Origin: Chrysomallon squamiferum
Lineage: Eukaryota > Animalia > Mollusca
Length of the DNA stretch: 64,000 bases
Assembly (NCBI GenBank): GCA_012295275.1
Contig: CM022672.1
Span: 26,164,001 to 26,228,000, forward strand
Reading direction: 5' to 3'
This document shows, one piece after another, positions 32,971 through 46,530 of the stretch. Position numbers and translations under genes: made by a program. The notes beneath the pieces are model-generated. The model did no database searches, was not told the origin of the DNA, and saw only the letters and a program-made list of their open reading frames with translations. Every line of letters starts with the position of its first letter. Within the stretch, counting starts at the first letter, position 1.

Positions 32971-35900
32971 TTACTTTTTACTATCACTGTCTGGTTCATT
33001 ACCAGTTTCACTCCACTCTTGCTGCAGCTTCTCCAGAATCTCCTTTGTGAGCAATCCTTGTTTGATAAGCTGATCTGTCAAACGACCTTGACCTATGTTT
33101 ACACGGTTCAGTCGAGAATCATAAGCTGAGTCAGGTGACACTGGTCTTTGTCCCGGTTCAAATGATGAACCTTGAAATTCCATCTTGTCAGCAAATTTGT
33201 TGCGTTTACGTTGGCTGAGACTTTTCATTGTGAAGTCATCCTCCATGTCTTGAGTACCACTGGCTGTTGGACTCTCACTAGCCTTGATGAGCTGAGTGAT
33301 GTTGTACACTCCTACTTGAATGATGGAGTCCAGTTCTTTCTGCATATCTCGGATGTGCTCAAAATCAGGAAACATGTCTTGAAAACGGTATCTAGAAAGA
33401 GATGAAATATGTATTATGTCTAATGATAATAATATATGTTATATATGTGTTGTAGTGTGTGTGTGTGTATATATATATATATAAATGCTAGTGTATGTAA
33501 TGTGATATAAAAAGTAGTTAGGTTCAAGTACTATGTAACTCTGTGCAAAATCACAGATCGAAATATTGCTTCAATAATTCTATAAATTTAAATTCTAAAT
33601 TGTAAAATAGACTGACAATTCAAGGAACACTGCTTTTTGTAATTATTTAACAAAATGAGAACAAAAATGAAAAAAAAAAATTGGAAATTATTTAAAGTTT
33701 TGACTTTTCTTACCTGAGCCACAGGTAAAGATCAAGAACATCAAAGACACCTTCAAGGTGTACTAGATCAGACAATGTTCCAGGTGGGGTGAATGGCCAG
33801 CCTAACTGTCGACAAATCCACTCCAGAGTGAGAGGCTGGTTTTGGCTGAACTGTCTAGCAAACTAAATACAAATCAGTAACACTTTACTGAGTTTGTTAA
33901 CTTCCATTTTTTTTATCTTTCACATTGTATCATGGTATGGTTCAGTAAAATATTATTTTTAACTAGTTAATTAAAGTGTATCTATGGTGCTATGGATAAA
34001 TGGTTTAATAAAATTCCTTGTACTTACAAGGTAATACTTTACTGTTTTGGTTAAATATCTGATACCAGAAAAAAACACCAGATCTGCCCTTCATGTAATG
34101 ATGTTAAATTCGGTTATTTAAAAACAACTAAAACTTATCTTGGAAGAATGAAGAGTATATTTAGACAATTTCTTTACATCTTCACAGTTACATGTCTAAG
34201 TATTATAATATTTGAAGAAAAGTGCAACAATTCTTTCCATAATATAAAAGAAAGTCTTAGTTACTAATTAAAAAAAAAAACCCATAACAAACAGTATTTA
34301 AAGCATACTTCCATTATTAATACTAATTTGTTTTCAAGTGAAGAGAGAAATTTTCAGTTATCAAAATGATTTCATGATAAAAAAATTCAGTTCATATGGT
34401 AACAACAGCAATTTTTGGTAAAAGTATCAGAACTTAATTACATCCAACCCTTAAATGACTTACCTTGAGGAACATGGTGCAGACAAATGGTTGTTTTTTA
34501 GGAATTGGAGCACAACAGAAGACATAACGAACTCGCAGGGAGAGTGGAACATGTTCTATCATATCTGCCAGGAACTTGAAATCTTCCATGTTACACATGA
34601 AATACTTATCACTGTCCAGCTGAGACAATGTAATAAATATATCCTACAACATAAAATAAAACTACACTATATTTTTTTACCCACACAAACACACTAGCAA
34701 AAAAAAAATAAACGAAAAAATAAAAAAAAAAAAAAATCCATACTAAGTTCATGTTGCAATATCTTTTATTTGTTATCTTGTTAAAAAAGCCCAAATAATA
34801 ATAATAATAAAAAATATAGAAATAACCCCCAAAATGAATGTGACATATTTAACCATTTTGTGAAATCTATAACAATTTAACAAAAAAGAAAAATAATAAA
34901 TAAATAATGCAGACTTATAGAGATGTTATTTTTTTTATTATACTTACTATTAGATTTGACAGTGTTGCATTTGGTAAGTGATAGGCAAACAGTTCAATTT
35001 GTTCGGCTGTTGGATGCAAACCTGCTTGCTGAAAAAGAGAATGTACCAGTCAGTTACTGTGAATGCTTGAAACACTGATTTTAAACATGAAAACATGGAG
35101 AACAGTGCCTTGGTGCCAAAGTTGTTTCCATTTCACCTAAACACACTTACCATTGTAGTTGTTGGTTTGAATAAGGCATTAACTGAATACCTGAATATGG
35201 TAAGCATGGTTGCTTTCAATTTATAACATCATTCACTGCACTTTAATCAAAAGATTGAAAAGAAGGATGAGATAAAAATATTTATCTTAAGCTAACAAGA
35301 GAAAAAAATGAGAATATATTTGTAAAGTTTTATAAAAAAAAAAAAAAATATTTCGATCTTAAATGGTTTTATGCCTTCATTTTTCTTGCATCCAATCAAA
35401 AGGATTAAATATTTTCAAATGGTAACTATACCTCAATTGGATCAATAAATTTACTGACAACATCCTTCAGCAGCTGCAGGTCACTATTTTTGAAAGTTGT
35501 CACTTCTCCATTCTCAAAGACAGTTCCAAATCTTCCTGCTCTCCCAGCAATCTGCAGAGCCTGTGATGTGCTTAACACATCCATCTCCTTCTCACCTTTC
35601 TCATTGATTGTTGGCTTCACCATGGTGTAGAAGATGATTCTCTTGATGGCACTACAAACAGAATGTTCTACTGGGTTATTTCATGTCTGCCAAAACATCC
35701 ACTGCACTGTTAGCAAGGCACATGAAACATGAAGAGAGAGAAATTAATATTCTCCTTTAAAAATGCTTTTATTTATATAAATCAAAAAATTATACGTATA
35801 ACACCAGGACCTAGGTTTGATAGTGTTGTTCAGGTACTGAAACCTACACATGTAAGAGAAAGATTTGTTTATGTACCTTATTGTCAGATCTAATCAGTTG

Positions 35901-38195
35901 TCACATTTACTATATTCTCATAGCAAATTTCTACTTGCTGCAATTGGCAAAGTGTCTGTAGAGATATCGTTCCTAGGTTGAATGTTACCATCACATTTTA
36001 TTTTATTTTGGAAGAACCAGACACATTTTTTCTCTTCCTTTCTAACAGATTTATTAATACACTGTTGTCAGCTATTAATCAATTTTAATGAATTTTTGAA
36101 ATTTTAAATATTTTATTTAATTAATCTAATTTCTAAGTTTCTGTATTGTTTGATAAAATTAATCACAGCTGTAACAGTATATCAGAAATAATACAAAACT
36201 TTGTATCTTACAGGTTGAGTCCCATTCCTATAGCATCTGTTGCAACCATCACTTTACATGGATGATTTGGGTCATTGAATTTTTCTGCCTGAGCAATTTT
36301 TGTACCTGCCAATTTAAACATCAGTTTGTAACACACAATAATGCTCATAAACATTTATATGTAATAAAAATGTGTTGAACAGTACCTCTACAGGCTAGTT
36401 TGAATTGTTCAAGTTAAGTCAAATTTCAGATATATACAAAGATGCAATGAAAAAAGAAAATAATTATAATATTGCAAAGCAGGAATGTTAAAATAATTTT
36501 TATTTATTTTACTTCCTGTAGGCAGAAAATGAAGTCTATACCTGGAGGTAATCCACCATAGATAACAGCACACTCAATCTTGCGTTGTTCCAACTGGCGA
36601 CTTATGTAGTAAATGTCATTTTTACTGAAGCAAACAATGCAGTCACCTTCCTGTATATTGTCAAATGATTCTAGAAAGAAAATATTAAATAAAAACAATT
36701 AAGTGGTCATTTATTTATTTTATTTATTTTATTTATTAAATAAACTTAATGATTTTTTTTGTTGTTGTTTTTAAAATTTTAAAATACTGGTGCCACTGTT
36801 ACAAAAAGAGGATTTCACATGAACTCTTTATTGGTAGATACAAAATCAGAAGGAATCATGACTTGATGCTGATGAAATAAGTAAAGCTAGTTTAAATTCA
36901 AATTATTTTACCTAATCTTGAAATGAAATACTTACTATAGAGAAAAAATACTTATTGCAAATATTTTGAGAATTATGACACTTTAATACATACCTACTGC
37001 TTTGTCCAAGAATACTAGACTTGTCATTCTTTTGTATCTTCTAACCTAGCAGAAAACAGAACACATTTTATGACACAACTGAACTATTTAATATAAAAAA
37101 AAAAATAAAAAAAAAAATCAGTTTAACATATTCAAGATATTTTTCTTATATGGATTTATATCCATCAAAACAATCTTTAGAAGTCAGACTTAAATAAAAC
37201 TCAGTTTTTAAGAGAAAATAAAGAAAAAGTTTTTCTCTAAAACATCAAATACAACAAAGAAAATTAAGATTTTGGCAAGTGAAAAAAATGACTACCTCTA
37301 CTTCTTCTCCTGTGGCCAGCATCAATTCTTTGACCAAGTCTATGGCTGATGCCTCACCACAAAGATGAATCTCTTCAGCACATACTCCTAGCAGGGCCCT
37401 AGTCCACGCCCAGCCTCTCTGCTGATCTTTTATCATCTGAATCTCATCAATAACTGCAACTTCACCTGAACAACACAACTGACTTCAATCAAATGCTTTA
37501 CCTTCTCATATAATTTTAGGTTTGTAAATACCTTTCCAGCATCCCTTTATACTATATCCTAAATAAATATAAACTGATATGTTCTCTATGTTATATATTT
37601 TTATGTAATTGCAGTTTTAGTAGTTTTATCCATAGCTATACACATACATACATATATACATGTCTGTTTGTGTGTGTGTGTGTGACTGTGTGCATTATAA
37701 ACAGTCAGCAATAAAATTAATACAAAATGAGACAACTCACAGTATAAGGCTAAAGTTTTTACAACTTAGATATTCTCAATGTATATTTTGGCAAAAAGGT
37801 AAAACGTCACACATAGTTATTACATAAATATACATTAAAAATAATAATGTTACCTGTTACATTTCATATACACTTACAAGGCATGGTAACACTTGTCATT
37901 TCAACAGTGCAAGCTACATGGTTTGATAAAGATCCATCAGGATTTGCATAACGTCTTTCTTCACCGGTGACCAAGTCACAAGGTGTCCCCTGAGAAAGAA
38001 AACAGTGAGGTGTTATTACTGTACATATTTTTATAACAAACACAATCAGTGTAATATTCCAGGAAATGAATATCCTGTGTTTTTTATTTTATAATCTTTG
38101 CCTATTAAAATAAATGTAGTATAATACATTCTGATATATCTTATAATAAAAGGTTAAAAAAAATTTTTTTTTAAATAAAATAAAATAAATAAACA

Positions 38196-38233
<38 letters not shown>

Positions 38234-41001
38234 GTAATAATATATGCTAAATCTATAATTTAGGTACAAAAAAAAACAGATGTAGGAAATAACATTTTAA
38301 ATACATTTAATAATTGATGAGGTACAGACTAAAACATTTTTCATAATGTGCTTTTCAAAATGGAGTTTTTAAAAATTTAAATTATATACTAAATACAAAA
38401 TAATCTCAGAAACAAAATAATTATATGTATTTTTTTTATGTTGGAGAAAAAACTGAAGATTATCCAGGGATATAAGATTATCTCAAATCAAAACTAATAA
38501 AAATTTCAGCTATCAAATGACATGTAACTGACATGTAACACAGCACTGATTATAAAGCATTATTCATACACACATTTTTATTGCTTTTCACAAATACTTC
38601 TTGAGCCAGCATTTTAAGAGGTCCACAGTAAACACCGGATTTGGCAGAAAAGAACCTTTCCAGAGCATGGTAGGTCTTCCCACTGTTTGTTGGACCAGCA
38701 TGGATAATGATTTTCCTCTCTATGGATCTTGCTTCTGGATACCTGCAATTACATTATCTGCATAGTCTGAAAATGATATTAAATATTTAGCTCTGTACTG
38801 ACAAGAAGAATATTATAAATCTTTACAGAACAGCTGTTATCTAGCGATTATTTCCATTGCTGAAGTAAATAATTGTATGTGCATACATTTATATATATTA
38901 CCTGGAAAACATTAACATATAGGATTATTAAGAAACAGAAAACCCAAGAAACATACCAATTTGCAGGAAGTCTTAGGTCACTGATTTTCTTCAGATCTTC
39001 CATACATTCCAAGTGCGGAAAGATTTCACGAGCATGTCGTAAAAAGTAAGGAAATATATCATCAACATGACCTGAAAGAAACAAAAACAATCTTATAATC
39101 AGTTCCAGTTTATGTATGTCTACATATCAAGCAAAATTTAAATTTGTATTTTACTTTTTAAAAAGAACTTTTGAAATGTCCTTTCATAAATTAGAGAAAA
39201 TGAATATAAACTTTAATTTTTACTTCAAAAAAGAGAAGAAAAATATGTAACTTATAAAACATAAATCTAACCTGCTTCCTGAAGAAGGTCACTGATGATA
39301 ATATGCAGATCAACTGGCAGATGTTCTGATTCCACACAAAATCTACGGAAACTCAGGTATGCCTCATGGAATAAACGATCTGCAAAACATAATTAAGCAA
39401 CTTTATCTGTCACACATTAAAACATAATGAATGACAGTTTATTACCAATGGACAACAGGCTATTATTTATAATGTTATTAATTGCTCCAGCACAAAAAAT
39501 ATTTGTTTTACAACTATTTCGTCACAATGTAAGCACAGACACAGTTTAATCTTTATGTGTGATCAAGAATGTGATTCTATTTTATACGTAACTTTGGTGG
39601 TTTGTTCAGTCCAAACAACATTGTAGTCCAAGTTATTAAATTTCAGTATTATATACTGTCATATTTTGTTTCTTACAAAAGATTAATTTTTAGGATAAAT
39701 AAAATTATCAGTTGGACATACACAAAATATTTTTAGGTGATTTGGTTGTATCAGCAATGGCAAAGTTTAATGCAAATAATTGGAACTACAGAATAATGCC
39801 TTAAGTTCAAAATAAAAATTGACTGAATTCTGTTCTCTAACAGCTAAGAAAAAGTGAATTATAATACTAATACACACTATCAAGTCCATTTTCAGCTGCT
39901 AAAAGTTTCACTTCTTTTCGTTTGTAGAACTGATTTAAGATTTTCAACAGGTCTTCTGTAAACAGAAAATAATATCTTTAGACAATGAACTCAAAACATA
40001 AACCTCATAAAACAAATAATAAATTTTAACTAAGTCAGCACAGTGAAGTGTTAGCACAGCTGATGAAATACAATGCATAACTGGGGTCATCTTCAATACA
40101 GTTATTAAAATGTAAGTAAAATTCTTATGTACATATATCCCTTTGTGGCTTATTATTACCTGAATATTATATTTGTGGAGATAATATGCAGTTTATTTAA
40201 TATAAAGAACTGGTAAGACTTAGATGTGTATTTTTAAATTAATTATATCAGTATAAAACCTGAAGAAAATCTTAACAGTAATGAAAATTAATATCTGATA
40301 ATATAATTATAAAGTTAAATATGCCAATACAATTCGGTTCATAAATGTTAACTGGCAATTTAATCTCAAGTGTCAAATTAAATTTGGATCAACAAATATA
40401 TTCTCAGTTCTAGAATTAATTACTTTGTATTAATATAGAGTTATTATAATACTAAAAAATAATTCATTTTCATATGGATCATGTGGATGTGCAAAGTAAT
40501 TAATCTGTCTTTTTATGTAAATTATTTTGGGAGTAACAATATATTGTTAGCGAAATTGTTTTTATCTGTTAATACTTTAATTGCATTGTTACTCATATAT
40601 CACAAATATATGCTTAACTTATTATCAGAAATTACACATATACTATATAGTGGTCAGTGGCTGAATACACTCGTGACCCTCATAGTCCTACATCATAGTA
40701 ACTGTCAAATTCGATTTTCAATTTAAGATGGTAAAGAACCATTTTCAAAGGGCACTGATCGATCCTACGAACCTTTCTTTAACTTTGATGTCAGTTCTGC
40801 ACCGATATTTATGTCATCACTACTGTTTGCCAGTCGTACTGGCAATGGGTGAAATAAAGAATTAAGATCTTTTCCATCTTTACTTCTATTTGAAGCAAAA
40901 CGTGTCTTTGCCGTTAGTTTTACAACACATGGTGTGACAGTCCGCATCAACAACTGTAATCGTCTATATAAACAATATCTAGAGAAAATGCTTAAAGCCA
41001 T
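32971..41001 (-). CDS. SUPV3L1: Mitochondrial ATP-dependent RNA helicase SUV3, ~768 aa, 15 exons
   Basis: Exons 41001-40773, 39955-39878, 39379-39272, 39071-38957, 38742-38574, 37989-37878, 37465-37296, 37045-36994, 36670-36542, 36305-36212, 35651-35432, 35028-34948, 34643-34464, 33862-33714, 33391-32971 are in frame. Motifs: [10 protein letters not shown] (Walker A), [43 protein letters not shown]-terminal [19 protein letters not shown]. Confidence 0.96.
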
Positions 41002-41303
41002 GTAGCTTAACTTGTCATCTGTTGCTAATTATTACTAACAGTCAAACAATTTATTATTTGTCTTTTTCATTTCGGTGGAACAATATCTGATACCATTGAA
41101 ATCGAAGGTGCCCAGTACATTTTGACTGGTTCCCATCTGTAAGTGGAGACTCTTTTGAGTTGTGATAGCAATATTTCGTATAGTGAGAGAGAACCAGACT
41201 ATTATTTTGGTCGTGTAGTTTCCACCGGCATAGGTCACTTGATGAGGTGACGAAATATTCAGGTATTGGGACTTTTGGAAGTCATTGAAAACATCGTTAA
41301 AAC
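41002..41303. promoter_or_regulatory. Bidirectional promoter shared by SUPV3L1 and TMEM177
   Basis: Divergent ATGs are only 302 bp apart. The block is CpG-richer and has an ACTACA-type motif on minus at ~41201-41221. Confidence 0.75.
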
Positions 41304-42269
41304 ATGGCATTTAAAGCGTTTATTCATAAAAATATGCAGTTCATCGTTGCTCTGGGAGGCTCCTGTTTGTATGTAGGAAATGTCTATCCCCACCTGTGGG
41401 GTGTTAAAAAGTACAGAGAAATGATGGAAATGCACAAGAATGGTAAACCAGTTAAGGTGTCTGAAGATTTAAGAAATATTGGACAAGAGGTTCTTGACAA
41501 AATGATGCTGCAGCCGTATGTCGAAGCCCTGATTGATTTCTTTATAGTGTATGGTCAGGATCTGGTAAACAAGGGCTCAACAACCTCAAAAAATGGTGCA
41601 GTTATAGGTATTCCTATAAATTTTACTTACACTGATGCTAAAAAAATAGAAAAAGAAAACATCACTCTTAACAACAAAGCCATTGATTGGGATTCACCAG
41701 CAGGACGGTCTCTTCTGGATTCTCTGATTCTCAGTAGAAAAGCTCAGAAATTTGGAATTGCTCGTGAGTTGATGACAGTTGACAATCAGATGGTTCATGT
41801 ACGTGGTTTTATGATGATATCCTGCTGTTTTCTGGCTTACTGGGCAGGATTTGCTTTAAATCGACTTTACAATTTAAAAAGAAAGATTAAACTACCAGCA
41901 AGATTGATTATGTACGGTCTGTTTGCAAACATGGGTGCAGCTTCGTTTCTTTTACTGACAGACAAACTGAACTGGTATAAGGAAGGCAAAGCCGACAGGA
42001 AAGCTGCAGAATTAGGAACAGAATATGCTGAAGGAGGTGTTGAACTCTATGGTAAATATGTGCAGAGGAACATTGCATTGCGGTCTTTAATGGGAGATGA
42101 AGGAGAAAAGAAGTATACAGCTTATGGAAATGTAGTACATTATTGGCGCAGTCCCCATATACCTCTGACAGTGAGGAGAGACACTATGAAAGCATTGTTC
42201 AACAAATACACCTCTGACACTGGAACCACAGAAGATAACAAAACAGACTCTGAGAAAATGTTTCAATAG
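41304..42269 (+). CDS. TMEM177: Transmembrane protein 177-like (mitochondrial COX2 biogenesis factor), 321 aa, intronless
   Basis: Single ORF with GAVIGIPINF, IDWDSPAGRSLLDSLILSRKAQKFGIARE, hydrophobic helices, ADRKAAELG.EYAEGGVELY.K...RNIALRSLMG.EG.K.YTAYGN and H.PLT.RR, all matching the TMEM177 family pattern as I recall it. Confidence 0.88.
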   Translation: MAFKAFIHKNMQFIVALGGSCLYVGNVYPHLWGVKKYREMMEMHKNGKPVKVSEDLRNIGQEVLDKMMLQPYVEALIDFFIVYGQDLVNKGSTTSKNGAVIGIPINFTYTDAKKIEKENITLNNKAIDWDSPAGRSLLDSLILSRKAQKFGIARELMTVDNQMVHVRGFMMISCCFLAYWAGFALNRLYNLKRKIKLPARLIMYGLFANMGAASFLLLTDKLNWYKEGKADRKAAELGTEYAEGGVELYGKYVQRNIALRSLMGDEGEKKYTAYGNVVHYWRSPHIPLTVRRDTMKALFNKYTSDTGTTEDNKTDSEKMFQ

Positions 42270-43977
42270 TAAAATATTTTCAGTTTAGTCTATGATTTCA
42301 AAAGTAAAATTATTTCAGAATGGAGGCCTGTGTTAAGAGATAGACATGGGTTTTGATAATTATATGTTACGATGAAATAGACAGGACCAGTTATAACAAA
42401 GAACTTCTTTTTAGTTAACAAACAATAAATATTAAGCATCTTAACTGTTTTATTAGCTGATTTTTCTTTTTTCTATTATTTTTTTTTTTTAAACTAAAGT
42501 TAAGTAAGAACACACTAGATAGAGAAATACCAGTTATTTGTGTGCCATTACAAGGGTCTGCTGACATATCCATTTTTATCTCTAGTGCTAGTATCCATGA
42601 ATATGCTCAACTGTTTCTATTATTATGTACAGATATGTACATTTGAAAAAACAAGAAATAATATTAACTGTAATTCAGAATATCTGAAGACAATCATTAC
42701 AGTTAGAGAATTAATACAATACATTTTGTTTGTGTGAGTAAAAGGTTCAATGAAGCTAGATGTAACAGAAACGTTTTGTTTTGGGTACTCTGACACCAGT
42801 TTGACAGAATGTCAAAATTTAAAGTTTCTTGAAATGTTGGGCATAAATCATCAACTTCTTCTCAAAACCAAAAATGTGAAAATATCAGTAAAATTAAACT
42901 TATAGTTTCTTTAGTTTTTGTTTGTTTTAAATACACACATAAATTTATAGTTAAGACTAGTGCTGAGTAAAAGTTTCATTTTCATGCTTTACTAAATATT
43001 TTATTGGGTTTTTAAAAAATATTTTTATGTGTTTTTTTGCTTTAAAAAGAAAGAATAGAGAAAGGTTTTATTATTATTATTGAAAAATCAGCTTTAGCAT
43101 TAATACAAAAACACCTGCACATACACACACAAACATACAGACATATACACACGAACTCAGATGCACACAAACACACATATAAATTAAGTTCTTACATTCT
43201 GTACCCAAGGTGAACAGTTCTCCAGTAACTCATTTTCAAGTCTGAATTCCTCTATTAACCACACTGAGGTGGGGGTGTCATCACTCAGAAGGTGACTCCT
43301 TGTTGCATTTTAGGTACTGAAAGATGTAGTTTACCTACATTAATTATGAATTTTTAAGTTTTCAAAGTAGTTTAAAGCAAGAAAACTATATATTTCTTTT
43401 TTGTTTTAAACCAGAAATTAGAAAATTAAAATAAATTTATGTCTTTTAGACAAGTAATTATTTTTATACAATTAGGAATTTTGTTATTCTAATGTAGATG
43501 ACAGAAAATTATAAAAAATACATTGTTAATTATTTAGTGATTTGCTAAAGCTATTTAACAAATTAATGCTAAAACATTAAAATATCTTTGTTTTTTTTAA
43601 TTTGTAATTTTAGTTCTGTGTCATATATTTTGAAACGTTGAACTAAATAAATAAATACTAAATTAATTTGAACATAAATTTAAACGTCAAATTAAAAGAC
43701 ATAAAAATAACATAACATATATGCCAAGTTTAATAAAAAGAATCCTAGATGCCTGTTTTGAAAAATAATCGATCTTGAATCTTCCAGCAAAGTTTTGGTT
43801 AAAGCAGAATTAGAGAAGGTTCCAGCTTAATATTCTTTATCATTCATAAATTTTTCTCAAAACGCTGAGCATTTACTGTTTGTATATAAATATAATACAC
43901 AATAGTATTTGATTATTGTCATTTTTAATTATAATAATCACTCATAGTTATGTCTTACTAACAGACTTTGACATCTA

Positions 43978-44013
<36 letters not shown>

Positions 44014-44629
44014 TCTAACTCATTGTGCACATATACAAATGTTTACATCTACACATAAAAAAATTACACACATACACTCTCTCACCCACTCGCTTGCGTA
44101 CATGTACTTCTACTGTTTCATATCTTCTTCACTTATATAACAATTCTCTCATGCATACTCCCTTTGATGCATACATTTATTAATCCCACTTAGTCACATA
44201 TAAACATGCAGACATACACACATATCACCACTCTTTCTCATACACAGATGTACATCATTTGACTCGCACACACTCATATGCAAAATGCATATACCAATCC
44301 TCTGACAATAATTGCAGTCGCATGCATACACTGTTAATAATAGCCAGTACACAAGAACAAAATAGATACAAATAGGCCTATACGAAGTCGCATATGCATT
44401 CACACACTTAATACGTGCATTCGTCCTCTTCTAAAACTTGGTCAAAAGCGTTTGGCGAAAATACGCTTGTCGAAGAATAAAATTTTAATTTTACGTTTGA
44501 TTATACAGGAAACAGCCTAAGTCAATGAATAATTTTCAGGATATATTTTTACTACACTATGAATATTTTACCGTACAACAGTAGTATTCTCTGATTCAAC
44601 CCAGCCCGAATCACAACTGTGGTGATGTT

Positions 44630-44690
44630 GCTATTTAATGACGTCAGTCAATTGTCGACGTCTCAGTTGTACAAATGATGACGTAAGAAA
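44630..44690. promoter_or_regulatory. Cluster of CRE/ATF sites
   Basis: Perfect TGACGTCA at 44639-44646, GACGTC core at 44657-44662, TGACGTAA at 44679-44686. Confidence 0.55.
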
Positions 44691-45121
44691 GAAAGTTAAC
44701 AGATCGTTACATACGTATTTATTTAATTGGTAAAATTACATTACTAGGTAGCTCTTAAATTCATATATATATAATGTAAATATACGTTTCTACACAGATA
44801 TTTTGTTTTTTGCTGTGAAATTATGAAATGAAGATTATTTTCAACGAATATTTTTATTTGAAATTAAAAATGATAATGGCGAACTTCAGTGTCTTAAAAC
44901 ATTACCATTGTTATCACTCAGTTATAAGACATTATATTATTAAGGTAAGGAATATCTCACAGTTTATAAATAATAACTGACGTTCAATGAAATTACTACT
45001 TAAATACCATAAATATATTTCTGGAAAATGCCTATGCGTATTTTAAAACGCGAAACAAGGCGACCTTGATCTACTCAACTTTCTACACTGGCTACTTTTC
45101 ATGCAAAAACCAAGAATAATA

Positions 45122-45156
<35 letters not shown>

Positions 45157-46028
45157 ATAGTATATTATATTATCATGTTTCTATGGGTTGTATTTTAATT
45201 ACTAAAAGAGAATTCCATACATTTATGTAATTAATTATAATAATTATTTTTAAACTTGGTATAATAGTATTATTTTCATTAACAGTAATTTATTAGTACT
45301 GAAATTAACCAATATTTATTATACCAAAGAAGAACAAGTATTTCATTAGCATTATAAAACGATTAAAATGATCAAAGAGTTGAAATTTATGCCATTCATT
45401 TTGATGTAGTTTTATTGTACTATTCAGTGGTAATGTTGGGTTTTAGGACTGCCCTTGTTACCAGAGGTTTTACTCATTAATTTTATAAAAATTTAATGTT
45501 CTGTCCTGGTAGTATAATTTGGGAAACGGGTCATATTAATATTTCAAACTCACTTTCAGTTGTCAGATCAGTGAGTTTTAACTTTTTAACATCAACGTTA
45601 CCACAGAGCCACAACATTCCTTGCAAATGAAACAAGTCCAAAGATTTTTATTCTCTCAGCTCAGTTTTGGTTTATAAATTAAGATAAAATAATAAAATAA
45701 AATAAATTAAAATATAATATAATATAATAAATTAAATAAATTAACTTTTAAAAAATAAATTAAAATAAAATTATAAAATTATCTTAACTAATTAAATAAA
45801 ATAAATTTCTCGATAATTATTATTGTAATTGTTTTAGACATGTAATAACATGTAATCAAATACAATGTGCGCGCACATAAACTAATGCATACAGATACAA
45901 ACACACACTTGTTGTTGCGAATATTTCCAGAATTATTGCACCATGAATCTTTTTGAGGTGACAGGGTTGACAAGGAGGAACAGATCTACAACAAACGATG
46001 TTTTTAGGACGTTTGCAACATGGGGAAG

Positions 46029-46065
<37 letters not shown>

Positions 46066-46349
46066 GTTATTCGTTTTAACAGTACAAAGAAAACCGGACT
46101 ATTGAAATCATTATAACACAATGTCAAAATGTATGTTAATGTCCATTTGACTTGCTTCAGTTACAAGTATCTACATATTTACATAATGGAAAATAATTTT
46201 GTTCCTTTTAAAACAAATTTATTAAAATAAATAAATTAACAAAACGTTTAACTTGAAGGTAACTGACACACTTTAATTCCTGATTAATTGCTCGTTAACA
46301 TATTGTACAAATAATGTAAACAATTTCATGGTGGAAATTAAGAAATAAA

Positions 46350-46480
46350 ACCAACACGCATGCGTAGCACTAATTTAAATGCAATTGGCCAATCAATGAG
46401 CGGTGATTGCAGTGTTGTTTATCCGGTTACCTACCAGCTATAGGAATATATTGATCTAAAACAGCGGGAAGATGCCGAAA
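46350..46480 (+). promoter_or_regulatory. Putative ALMS1 proximal promoter
   Basis: ACGCATGCGT (NRF1-like, 46356-46365), ATTGGCCAAT double CCAAT (46384-46393), GTTACC X-box half-site (~46426) and GCGGGAA E2F-like (46464-46470), all upstream of the ATG at 46531. Confidence 0.5.
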
Positions 46481-46530
46481 AATCAAAAACAATTAGGACA
46501 ACAAACAAATGATTTTTAAAAAGCATAAAA

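Noticed and set aside
35095-35205. H/ACA snoRNA interpretation of the two hairpins
   Set aside because: No ANANNA hinge or correctly placed ACA on the host strand; kept only as a splicing-structure hypothesis.
41304-42269. TMEM177 as a retrocopy or horizontally acquired gene
   Set aside because: ORF intact, no poly(A) remnant or TSD, and the vertebrate coding region is also single-exon as far as I recall.
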